The notes under the pieces: model-generated
Databases searched by the model: none
The model's input: the letters and a program-made list of their open reading frames with translations, nothing else
What the model was told of the DNA's origin: nothing
Made by a program: the position numbers and the translations under genes
Part shown: piece by piece, positions 1-8,742 of the stretch
Numbering within the stretch: the stretch's first letter is position 1
Layout of the letters: the number at the start of each line of letters is the position of its first letter
DNA from: Candidatus Dadabacteria bacterium
GTDB taxonomy: Bacteria > Desulfobacterota_D > UBA1144 > Nemesobacterales > CSP1-2
Assembly (NCBI GenBank): GCA_040289575.1
Contig: PSLL01000025.1
Span: forward strand, 11,724 to 33,622
Direction of reading: 5' to 3'
Length of the DNA: 21,899 bases

Positions 1-2
1 GC

Positions 3-242
3 ACCGATACAAAGGAGAGCCACTGTGATTTCAGGGATAAATACAAGCTGAAGGTTCCCCTAATCCCTGATGAAAAACACAACATAATGTCATTATATGG
101 CGTCAGAGTTTTTCTTGGGTTTGCTTCAAGGGATACTGTAGTTGTTGACCCTACGGGGAAGATAGCCAAGGTATATAGAAAGGTAAGTCCCAACAAGAAT
201 CCAAAAGAGGTTCTGGATTTTATTAAGGATAGTTCTACTTAA
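3..242 (+). CDS. bcp: Peroxiredoxin, BCP/PrxQ family, C-terminal part (5' end outside window)
   Basis: Hand translation of frame 3: TDTKESHCDFRDKYKLKVPLIPDEKHNIMSLYGVRVFLGFASRDTVVVDPTGKIAKVYRKVSPNKNPKEVLDFIKDSST*. This matches the BCP pattern SH..F..KY.L..PL..D...YGV...R.T..ID..G.I. Not in the ORF track because it has no start codon in the window. Confidence 0.8.
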   Translation, partial: TDTKESHCDFRDKYKLKVPLIPDEKHNIMSLYGVRVFLGFASRDTVVVDPTGKIAKVYRKVSPNKNPKEVLDFIKDSST

Positions 243-322
243 CCACTTAGGCTTGATAACATTTGTTAACCTAAGGGTGTCTATCTATTATATTTTTTCT
301 AAACAGCAAGGAGAAAGATTTA

Positions 323-2149
323 ATGGCTGAAGTATTAGCAACGGAGACTAATTTAACCGGCGCCGAGGGGGTCACTTGGGATCTTTCTGATTTGTATCAG
401 AGCCTTGATGACCCTCGGATTGAAAATGATATTAAAGACTCACTTTCAAGGGCAAAGTCGTTTGAGGAGAAATACAGGGGAAGGATAAATTCAGAAACAA
501 TCACCCCTTCGTTTCTTCTCGAGGCGATAAAAGAACTCGAATCCATAAGCGAGGGGTTGGGCAGGTTGATCTCTTATGCCTACCTTGTGTTTGCCGCAGA
601 CACAAGCAACCCAAGGCACGGGGCTTTTTTGCAATCGGTTCAGGAAAAAACAACAGAGATACGCAAGCACCTGATATTTTTTGAGCTTGAGTGGATTGCC
701 CTTCCAGACGAAATAGCAAACCGCCTACTGGCGGATGAAGCGCTTTCACGCTATCGGCATTTCCTAGAGAATGAGAGGCGTTACAAACCCCATAGACTAA
801 GCGAGCCGGAAGAGAAGATTCTCGATGAAAAGGCCAATACGGGTTCGCGCGCATTCAGGCGTCTTTTTGATGAGGTGATAAACAACATACGGTTTAAGGT
901 TAAACTCGGTGGAAAGATAAAACATCTGACCGAACCCGAAACGCTTGCCCTTCTCTATGATCCAGACCGGGATAAGCGCAGGGCTGCGGCAAAGGGGCTT
1001 ACAAAGGGGCTAAGAGAAAATGCCCATATACTTACATATATATTCAATGTGCTTGTTCAAGACCATGCATCGAACGACCGACTTCGCTCATTTCCATATC
1101 CTATGGCGTCGCGTCATCTCGAAAATGAGATTGATAGAGCCACTGTAGAGGCTCTGATGGAGTCATGCGAAAGGAACTATGATATGGTAGAGGAGTACTA
1201 TAAACTCAAAAAGAGGCTACTTGGAATCACCAAATTCCGCGATTATGATCGGTATGCACCTATATTTCCCGATAAGAAAACTATAAACTATGAGTTAGCA
1301 AAAGAGATTGTTTTAGAAGCCTTCGGCAACTTTTCGCCCAGAATGGCTGAGATTGCAAGGGAATTTTTCGAGAAGAGGTGGATTGATGCGGAGCTAAGGG
1401 TGGGCAAGCGCGGCGGAGCATTCAGTCACAGCACCGTACCGAGTGCTCATCCTTATGTGTTTGTAAACTATACGGGAAAACTCCGCGACGTTATGACCAT
1501 AGCGCATGAACTCGGCCACGGGATTCATCAATATCTCTCAAGGAATCGGGGATATTTTGGGTGTCATACGCCCCTTACCACAGCCGAGACAGCAAGCGTT
1601 TTCGGCGAGATGCTGGTATTTCATAAGTTAAAAGAATTCGAGAAGGACCCAAAAGCCCGTCTTGCGCTTCTTTGCAGCAAGCTGGATGATATTTTTGCAA
1701 CTGTATTCCGTCAAGTTGTGCTCACCAGATTCGAGGAGAAGCTTCATCATGCAAGGAGAAGCGAAGGCGAACTCACACAGAAACGCATAAATGAAATCTG
1801 GATTGAGGCCAATAAACCCATGTTTGGCGACTCTGTTGAACTGACGCAGAACTACGGTTGGTGGTGGATGTACATTCCTCATTTTATCCACTCGCCCTTT
1901 TACTGTTACGCCTATTCATTTGGGGAGCTTCTTGTTTTTGCACTCTATAGTAAGTATCTTCAGGAGGGCGATGCCTTTGTCCCCCGATATATTGAGCTTC
2001 TCTCATCCGGCGGCTCAGATGCGCCGGAGAGGCTCTTAGCCCGCGTCGGCATAGATATTACAGACCCAAATTTCTGGCAGGGTGGACTGGATTTGCTCAG
2101 AGATATGGTTAATGAAGCCGTATCCCTGGCGGAGGGAGTCAATATCTAG
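323..2149 (+). CDS. pepF: Oligoendopeptidase F, M3B family zinc metallopeptidase
   Basis: 608 aa; N-terminal WDLSDLY, GKRGGAF, HELGH zinc motif, AETAS, and HF...FYCYAY. SD AAGGAG at about 308-313. Confidence 0.93.
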   Translation: MAEVLATETNLTGAEGVTWDLSDLYQSLDDPRIENDIKDSLSRAKSFEEKYRGRINSETITPSFLLEAIKELESISEGLGRLISYAYLVFAADTSNPRHGAFLQSVQEKTTEIRKHLIFFELEWIALPDEIANRLLADEALSRYRHFLENERRYKPHRLSEPEEKILDEKANTGSRAFRRLFDEVINNIRFKVKLGGKIKHLTEPETLALLYDPDRDKRRAAAKGLTKGLRENAHILTYIFNVLVQDHASNDRLRSFPYPMASRHLENEIDRATVEALMESCERNYDMVEEYYKLKKRLLGITKFRDYDRYAPIFPDKKTINYELAKEIVLEAFGNFSPRMAEIAREFFEKRWIDAELRVGKRGGAFSHSTVPSAHPYVFVNYTGKLRDVMTIAHELGHGIHQYLSRNRGYFGCHTPLTTAETASVFGEMLVFHKLKEFEKDPKARLALLCSKLDDIFATVFRQVVLTRFEEKLHHARRSEGELTQKRINEIWIEANKPMFGDSVELTQNYGWWWMYIPHFIHSPFYCYAYSFGELLVFALYSKYLQEGDAFVPRYIELLSSGGSDAPERLLARVGIDITDPNFWQGGLDLLRDMVNEAVSLAEGVNI

Positions 2150-2181
2150 ATAGCCGTATAAATAGGAAATAAACAATAGCA

Positions 2182-2856
2182 ATGAAGGTTGAGAACGTAG
2201 TGCCTTTTGGACGTTTGCTGGACGAATACAAAAGGATGTTTAATCTGAGTGAGAACGATCTTCGATTGAATATCCTCGGGGTTGCTGATGGTCCGGCTAG
2301 CTTCAACGCAGAGCTCACAGCTAAAGGTAGTCACGTTACTTCAATTGATCCAATCTATGCATTCGAGGCAAGCGAAATTCAAAAGAAGTTTGATGAAGTT
2401 CTCAACAGAATCATTGATCAAGTAAAATCCACCTCAGACGATTGGGTATGGTCTTATCACCGATCACCTGAAGATCTCCGCGCCAACAGAATTCGCGCTA
2501 TGGGAATATTCGTGCGTGACTTCACAGAATCAAGAAAATCAAAGAGATATGTTGTCGGAGAACTTCCCCACTTGCCTTTCAAAAACGATCAATTTGATCT
2601 GGCTATCTGTTCCCATTTTTTGTTTCTATACTCTGCTCATTTCACCTACGGTTTTCATTTGGCATCAATTAGAGAAATGCTTCGCGTAGCCCGCGAGATC
2701 AGAATATTCCCTTTAGTCATCCTGATGCTTGAGAAGTCACCCTATATCGAACCGGTTCAACGTGATTTATCACGAGAGGGCTTTGCTGTTGAGATTAATC
2801 GGTCTGGTTATGAGCTTCAAAGGGGTGGCAATGAGGTGATGGTAATAAAAAAATAG
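2182..2856 (+). CDS. Class I SAM-dependent methyltransferase (substrate unknown)
   Basis: 224 aa; motif I-like ILGVADGPASF, IDP, and LPFKNDQFDLAICSHFLF..EMLRVA. Confidence 0.8.
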   Translation: MKVENVVPFGRLLDEYKRMFNLSENDLRLNILGVADGPASFNAELTAKGSHVTSIDPIYAFEASEIQKKFDEVLNRIIDQVKSTSDDWVWSYHRSPEDLRANRIRAMGIFVRDFTESRKSKRYVVGELPHLPFKNDQFDLAICSHFLFLYSAHFTYGFHLASIREMLRVAREIRIFPLVILMLEKSPYIEPVQRDLSREGFAVEINRSGYELQRGGNEVMVIKK

Positions 2857-2945
2857 GGAAACTATTGAAAGAAGCGGAAATAAACAGCTATCCAAAAATG
2901 GGAGAATAGAACGGCACTTGCATCCACTTCTACACAAATTGGGTA

Positions 2946-3557
2946 TCACAATCTGGAGCCGGGTTGTATACGGGGCTTATTTGAGCAACCTGTCTCTCCC
3001 ATATCTTTAAGATGGGCCTCAATCTCTTCCAATAAGGCTTTGTCGTCTCCTGCCCTCTCGCAGGCTTTTAATAGAATATCCTTTGCCCTCTCTTTATCGC
3101 CTAATCTAGAGTATAAAACTCCGAAAGTATCTAGGACGTATGCGGGGGCACTTTCCTCAGAGGTAGCCCTGGTTAGGTATTCTAATCCCTTTTCGTAGTT
3201 TTCCCCGAGCGCGATGTAGAGAGACGCCAGGTTATTGGCTGCCTCTACATTCTTTTCATCCTTCTTGAGCGCCTTCAGGTAATACTTTTCCGCGTCTTTG
3301 TACTTTTTCTGTTTAAAATATACGTTTCCAATATTTACTAAAGGAACGACTAAACTGCCGTCCTTGTCGAGGGCCTTTTTATATTCTTTTATGGCAAGGT
3401 CATATTTGCCCTCGCTTTCGTAAGCCACACCCAGATTATTGTGTTCCTCGGCGGTTAAAGGGTCTTTCAGAAGCACAATCTTCGGGAGATAGCTGCATTC
3501 GGAAAGGGAAATTATAAGAATTAAGAAGAAACCGAACCTTACGCAGTATTTTCTCAT
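2946..3557 (-). CDS. TPR-repeat exported protein, probable lipoprotein
   Basis: Hydrophobic N-terminus ending LSEC (non-canonical lipobox); repeats HNNLGVAY/LVNIGNVY/ANNLASLY/LDTFGVLY; start overlaps the peptidase stop (ATGA at 3557-3554). Confidence 0.85.
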   Translation of the reverse strand: MRKYCVRFGFFLILIISLSECSYLPKIVLLKDPLTAEEHNNLGVAYESEGKYDLAIKEYKKALDKDGSLVVPLVNIGNVYFKQKKYKDAEKYYLKALKKDEKNVEAANNLASLYIALGENYEKGLEYLTRATSEESAPAYVLDTFGVLYSRLGDKERAKDILLKACERAGDDKALLEEIEAHLKDMGETGCSNKPRIQPGSRL

Positions 3558-4096
3558 TTTCTAATTATCAGTACGAGCCTGTCCATTTTTTTCCACTCCT
3601 TGTCCAAACTCGAGAAATTTATTTCTTGATCTCCCGCGAACCCTGTGTGGAGGAAAAATACCCTTCTACTCTTATCATAGCCATAGACCACATAGTAATG
3701 AGGCTGAGTTATAATCCACTTTCCTATGTCAACGAGTGTTATGGCAGGGACGCCCTCGTCTATAATAGACATGAGCATGTTTAGATCCCCGTTTTTTGTC
3801 TCCGCCTTATATCCCATCTCCCGCGCGTAGTTTTCCATATCGGATATGAGGGCTCCCTTTAGTTTCGGTGTGTATACCGCCTTGGCAATCTCCTCCTGAC
3901 TTATATCGCGGCCATAGAATCTCATAACCGATGCCATAGCCGCTGGACCGCAGAAAAACCCTTTCTGCTTTACAAATGGCACGTTCTCTATAATCCTCTC
4001 ATTCCCTGAGCCTGAGGCGTTTTTATATGTAGAACCTCTTTCGGCACAGGACACAAGAAAGATTGGGATTAGAGTAAAAACGAGGAATTTCTTCAA
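3554..4096 (-). CDS. Stand-alone C39-family cysteine peptidase (PA2778-like), lipoprotein
   Basis: VPFVKQKGFFCGPAAMASV (oxyanion Gln, catalytic Cys) and PHYYVVYGYD (catalytic His); lipobox FLVSC. Start placed at TTG 4096, overlapping the upstream TGA (TTGA). The ORF track start at 4123 is also possible. Confidence 0.85.
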   Translation of the reverse strand: MKKFLVFTLIPIFLVSCAERGSTYKNASGSGNERIIENVPFVKQKGFFCGPAAMASVMRFYGRDISQEEIAKAVYTPKLKGALISDMENYAREMGYKAETKNGDLNMLMSIIDEGVPAITLVDIGKWIITQPHYYVVYGYDKSRRVFFLHTGFAGDQEINFSSLDKEWKKMDRLVLIIRK

Positions 4097-4515
4097 TATA
4101 TAACGCGCCGCCTGGGTCTCCAAGGTCTGGTAGATATAATAATAAGCATTAACATCAGGAAGACTAATATAATTATCAATAGGGCTACTGCTAAGCCTGC
4201 ATCGCCGCCCGTAGGTATTTTATCCGATAGGGTGGCAATCTGGTGAATCTGCCCATCGCTCATCTTGTCTATCTTTGCCATGACCTCTTCTTTAGAAAGC
4301 CCATAGCCCTTCAGCTTCTCGGCTACTATTTTGTTCTCAAGTGCCCTGCGGATCTTCTCTATATCAATTTCCCTTACCGATGTCTTACCGTCCAGCAGTA
4401 TTAACTGTGATCCAATCATGGCACACTCGGCGGTTTCAGAGATCAAGGACGCGAGAGTAAAACTCGCGAGGACTGCAGTTATTATTAGTAGTCTGTAAGC
4501 TTTGACGAAATTCAT
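4093..4515 (-). CDS. PA2779-like exported protein, copy B (signal peptide, helical pro-region, Gly-Gly, hydrophobic tail with Arg-rich end)
   Basis: 140 aa; SD AAGGAG upstream; ...SDKIPTGG|DAGLAVALLIIILVFLMLMLIIISTRPWRPRRRVIY; directly upstream of the C39 peptidase. Confidence 0.82.
   Translation of the reverse strand: MNFVKAYRLLIITAVLASFTLASLISETAECAMIGSQLILLDGKTSVREIDIEKIRRALENKIVAEKLKGYGLSKEEVMAKIDKMSDGQIHQIATLSDKIPTGGDAGLAVALLIIILVFLMLMLIIISTRPWRPRRRVIY
4199..4431. repeat. 233-bp direct repeat, copy 1
   Basis: Base-by-base comparison with 4862-5094 (offset 663) shows a single mismatch (A4397 vs G5060). Confidence 0.97.
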
Positions 4516-4776
4516 ATCTCATTCTCCTTGGAGCTTAGAATTTATCCCGTCATCTATAAACCTGCCATGTAGTGATAAGGTTTCATAATAGAGAGATTCT
4601 CTTTTTAATCATAATGATCAATTAGAATTAGATCATAAAGAGGCCGGCGTCCTAATGATTGGGGACGGGCTTTCTCTGTCCTTACAATTATCTATCCTGT
4701 GGGGACGAATCCCGATAGGCCCATCAGTGTCACTCATCCCCACGAATAATAGAACTCTATTAGCCTCCATTAGAGA

Positions 4777-5184
4777 TCAAATCCTTAGCACCTTTAGCAA
4801 GAAGAGGATTAGGAGTATCAATACAACAAACACGAGAATTGTTATTAGAACCCCTAATGCGGCATCGCCGCCCGTAGGTATTTTATCCGATAGGGTGGCA
4901 ATCTGGTGAATCTGCCCATCGCTCATCTTGTCTATCTTTGCCATGACCTCTTCTTTAGAAAGCCCATAGCCCTTCAGCTTCTCGGCTACTATTTTGTTCT
5001 CAAGTGCCCTGCGGATCTTCTCTATATCAATTTCCCTTACCGATGTCTTACCGTCCAGCGGTATTAACTGTGATCCAATCATGGCACACTCGGCACTTTT
5101 GGAAATTAAGGACACAGGAGTAAAGCTTGCCAATATGACTGCTATTATTGATAGCCTATAAATCCTGGTTCTGATGATCTCCAT
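4777..5184 (-). CDS. PA2779-like exported protein, copy A
   Basis: ...SDKIPTGG|DAALGVLITILVFVVLILLILFLLKVLRI. SD AGGAGG abuts the ATG at 5193 but is well spaced (9 nt) from the ATG at 5184, so 5184 is preferred. Confidence 0.82.
   Translation of the reverse strand: MEIIRTRIYRLSIIAVILASFTPVSLISKSAECAMIGSQLIPLDGKTSVREIDIEKIRRALENKIVAEKLKGYGLSKEEVMAKIDKMSDGQIHQIATLSDKIPTGGDAALGVLITILVFVVLILLILFLLKVLRI
4862..5094. repeat. 233-bp direct repeat, copy 2
   Basis: 232/233 identical to 4199-4431. Confidence 0.97.
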
Positions 5185-5332
5185 ATCTAGCATCCTCCTT
5201 TTAAATTTTGTTCTATGTTATTGATACCGTGTTCTAAGAGGCACATTATTTGTCGGACGTTTTATTTTAAAATCAATCCGAAAAGAATCAAGATTTACTT
5301 TAGATTCTTTGTTAAGAGGGTTTTGTTTAAAA

Positions 5333-5359
5333 ATTATATCTTATTACATGTAATTTCAA
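5333..5359 (-). promoter_or_regulatory. Putative promoter of the PA2779/C39 cluster with a palindromic operator
   Basis: Minus strand TTGAAA-15 nt-TATAAT (short spacer); perfect 12-bp palindrome ATTACATGTAAT at 5343-5354. Confidence 0.45.
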
Positions 5360-5403
5360 ATCCAAGGAATTTTTTTGAATCTCAGAGGTAAGTTAATCCA
5401 TAT

Positions 5404-6888
5404 TTATTTCTCTAACTCCTTTATTCTCTGCCTCACTCTTTCGATATACAAGGCGTATTGCGGTGGGGCATACTGTATAAACCCCTTATATGCCTCTACC
5501 GCCTCCCGGATACGACCAACCCTCTCACAGGCAACAGCCTTATTAAAGTATGCCTCGGTAAATCCTGGGTTTATCTCCAATGCCTTATTGAAATCAGAAA
5601 TGGCTTGGTCATACAAGCCCTCTTTAAAATAGACAAGCCCACGATTATTGTATGCGGTCCAAGAATTGGGATTTCTCGATAGATTGTCACTCCAGAGCGT
5701 TTCATCATCTTTGTATATATGCTGTTGATGCTAACTCAATACACCAAGGACCCCTACAACCACCATAATCATTCCGGTTGCTAGCTGTATCCCATTAATG
5801 TGCAACCTATCATAAATATATGCACCTCCCCCAACCACCACTGCAATAACCCCTATTATAGAGATATACTGAAGATGATCAGCTACAGGTGAATACACCA
5901 TGTATGCCATACCAAAAAATCCCATCACAGGAAATAGTGTTATCACAAAATACCCAAGTCCAAATAGTATCCCCCTCCCCCATGTCCTGCGATAGTGCCA
6001 AAGAACCAAGAAACACACAATAAGGGCAATGTCCGGTAAGAATGAGACTAATTGAGACCCTTTCATATTCCACTGAGGGTATGGCATCATCAGATTCACA
6101 GGAATCAGCACCTTGTATATATAAAACCACACAACCTTCCCTGCCCTAGCCAGCCTCTCTAAAAAACCGCCACCTAGTGTTGACAATGTACCGGTTGTTT
6201 CGAGTCTATGAGCCTCTTTTGTATGGTAGTAAAGCAGGGTTACCGCACTGAATATGGCAGATAGGATAAAAAACGGTATGGTACGTACCAGGTCTCTGAG
6301 TCTAATCTCACCCCTCTGCCATAATACACATAGAACTATGACCACTGGTAGCATCACTACCGATGCCTTGCTCAATAATGCTAATACAAATACACCCAAT
6401 GAAAGACAATACCAAATCACCCGTGGATTATCCTCAAACCTCAGATATATCATAAGCGACAATACATATAAGACCATAGAGAGTGTGTTCTTCCTCTCTG
6501 AAATCCATGCAACAGATTCCACACACAGGGTGAATCGCAAAGATTAGTCCAGCCAACCATTGCCCCTCGAACCTCAAACGTTTGAGTACCTGCCATATCA
6601 TCACAGAGGCAATGGCGTGTAGTAGGACATTTATTATGTGATACCCGGCCGGGTTATTCTTCCACAGCCTCCATTCAATCCAGAAGGATGTTGAGGTTAG
6701 GGGTATGTAATCAGGGTTTCTCTACCCCACCAGATATGGGATAACCCGTTGCGTGAGTGGATCAGGGGATTCTCTGTTATGAATACGCTGTCATCCCAAA
6801 TAAAGCCACTTCGCATTGCGGGGATATAGCAGAGAAATGTAAGGACAATGATGATTCCTGACTGTAGAAGGCTTATCCGCTCTTTCAT
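5404..6888 (-). pseudogene. TMTC-like multi-pass membrane protein with C-terminal TPRs (putative GT-C glycosyltransferase), disrupted
   Basis: Fragments reassemble as GFIWDD..ITENPLI / PDYIPLTSTSFWIEWRLW..PAGYHIINVLLH..FAIHPV / VESVAWISERKN..LLSKAS..ADHLQY / IYKDDETLW..NPNSWTAYNNRG + TPR. Frameshift at about 6716, 2-bp loss in a (TG)n run at about 6521-6527, and in-frame TAG at 5733-5731. Confidence 0.85.
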
Positions 6889-7080
6889 CTTGAGATGTCA
6901 GTGCATTATTTCATAGAATACCAATCTATATTCCGTTTCATTTTCATTTTACATTGTATATTCAATTGCCCACTTAGGCCATTACTCTATCTCGATTGTG
7001 TTTTATATGGTTCAATGGGCTAGCCCTTGTAATGCACGAATCTTTCTTATTTCCATTCTTTCATAGAGAATAGATTCCTG

Positions 7081-7527
7081 TCAAGGAAGATTTTCTCTCG
7101 ATTGGCTTTTCCCATAAAAATTCCCCATACCCCTCACCATGCCCCCGCGCACGATGATCTTAGCCGTCATTTTGGGGTGGATAGAACAGTAATAGGCATA
7201 AGTGCCCGGGGTGGTAAAGGTGTATGAAAACTTCTCATCCGTGTCCAGGACTGGCGAGACGAAGTGCTTGTCTGTGTTCATGACTATGTGAGGCACGTCG
7301 TCGTGGTTAATCCATGTTACTTTGGTGCCGACCGGAATCGTTAAAGTTACGGGCGTAAAACTAAAATTGTCAATATTAACCTGGTATTTGTCAATCTGAT
7401 TGCTCTCTGAACTAATAGTTTGCTTCATTTCTTCTTCCTTTCCTGTAAAGCCAAGGGTAGTTAATGAGACTGCAAGGATAAAGACTAAAGTCATTAAGGA
7501 TAGCTCAATTAAAAGTATTTTCTTCAT
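7081..7527 (-). CDS. Exported cupredoxin (amicyanin/plastocyanin-like blue copper protein)
   Basis: Type-1 Cu ligands in VPHIV and YYCSIHPKM; signal peptide; SD AAGGAG before ATG 7527 (ORF track start 7548). Confidence 0.88.
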   Translation of the reverse strand: MKKILLIELSLMTLVFILAVSLTTLGFTGKEEEMKQTISSESNQIDKYQVNIDNFSFTPVTLTIPVGTKVTWINHDDVPHIVMNTDKHFVSPVLDTDEKFSYTFTTPGTYAYYCSIHPKMTAKIIVRGGMVRGMGNFYGKSQSRENLP

Positions 7528-7607
7528 TTTTATCTCCTTAGTTTTCATTTGATATTGTTCTGTGTTTGTAGGAGCGAATGTAAGATTTCCCTCTACAGTA
7601 ATCGGTT

Positions 7608-8569
7608 CTATGCCTCCAAAGACGAGTCAACAATTGCTAGGGAGTGTTTGCCCTGAATGTAATTTACGCTCGTTAAGCCAAGAAAGCCGCGCAATTTTTC
7701 AGCCGGCACTTTGAGTGGCCCGGGTGATGGCGCGGTGCCAGGCTGGGGCTGAAGAAATGCAGTGGACATAGCAGTGTGGAATGTGACATTTTTCCTTCAA
7801 CCTTCTGCATCACCTGATGAATGTGACCGTTGAGCACAGTGACAGAGCCAAAACGCTTGAGGTATGAGAGCGCCTGCTCGCTATCGTCTGTGCCCCATCC
7901 CCAATCAGGATATACTGTCCAGAGGGGGATATGTGCAAACACCACAATAGGGGTGCTGCCTGAAAGCCCTTTTACATCCTTCTCAAGCCACTCAAGCTGC
8001 TCCTGACCCAGGTTGCCAAGACCCCCAGCCTTGAGATTCAATACATTGACAAGACCGATGAAATGCACCCCATTATGATTGAAGCTATACCATCCCTCGC
8101 CATTAGTGCCCTTGCCGTATCGCTCAAGATACTGCTTTCCATCATCACCAAGGACATCATGCTCTCCGGGGACGTAGAACACCTGTTTTGCTCTCGCGCC
8201 TTTGAGAATCTGGTCTACGGTGTCGAATTCTCCAGGTTTCGATAGGTGGCTGATGTCACCTGTATGTATAATAAACGCCGGTTGATTTGGCAGGGAGTTG
8301 ATTTTATCAATGGTTGATTGAAACGTTGCAGTCACATCGGGATTCGCCGGTTTATTGAACCCCATGTGGCTGTCGCTGATTTGAACAAAAAATAAATCTC
8401 CTTTGATTGCGTTTGTTCCCTGTTTGGCGAGTTGGGTGAAGCCAAAAGACTCCGGGACTCCACCGCTTATAGCCCAGAGGACCCCTGTGCCCGCCCATGC
8501 CATACATTTGAGGAACCCGCGACGGTCAATGCCGTCGTCGTTGTGATCGTGAATGATATATTTTGCCAT
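7608..8569 (-). pseudogene. Tat-exported calcineurin-like metallophosphoesterase, frameshifted near the 3' end
   Basis: DRRGFLK Tat motif; DSH, GD, GEHD and GHIH motifs. At the A5 run (7789-7793) the frame shifts; the other frame continues NVTFHTAMSTAFLQPQPGTAPSPGPLKVP...LAIVDSSLEA* to TAG at 7610-7608. Confidence 0.8.
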
Positions 8570-8678
8570 TGTGTGTCTCCTTTTTAGGCAATTTAGATTT
8601 ATTTGTGAATTGCCTTTTAGCTATCCATACCGCTTTATCTATGTTAATATTCTCGAATAGGGTATTAATTTAGATATG

Positions 8679-8705
8679 GGAATAAAATAGTTAGGAAATC
8701 GGTCT
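8679..8705 (+). promoter_or_regulatory. Putative autoregulatory ECF promoter
   Basis: GGAATA (8679-8684), 17 nt, GTCT (8702-8705), about 40 nt upstream of the ECF start; resembles the GGAA.../GTC pattern of ECF promoters. Confidence 0.5.
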
Positions 8706-8742
8706 TATTTAAAACGGTATAGTAAAAACCGACAGAGAAAGG

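Noticed and set aside
246..275. Nested inverted repeats CTTAGG/CCTAAG and TAACA/TGTTA between bcp and pepF
   Set aside because: Short and imperfect with no U-tract directly following; cannot be assigned as terminator or operator.
4699..4743. CTGATG within the minus-strand hairpin as a hammerhead ribozyme core
   Set aside because: It reads CTGATGG rather than CTGATGA and lacks a correctly placed GAAA.
4199..5094. Repeat pair as a diversity-generating retroelement TR/VR, CRISPR or IS ends
   Set aside because: Only one mismatch, both copies lie inside paralogous CDSs, and no reverse transcriptase, cas or transposase gene is in the window.
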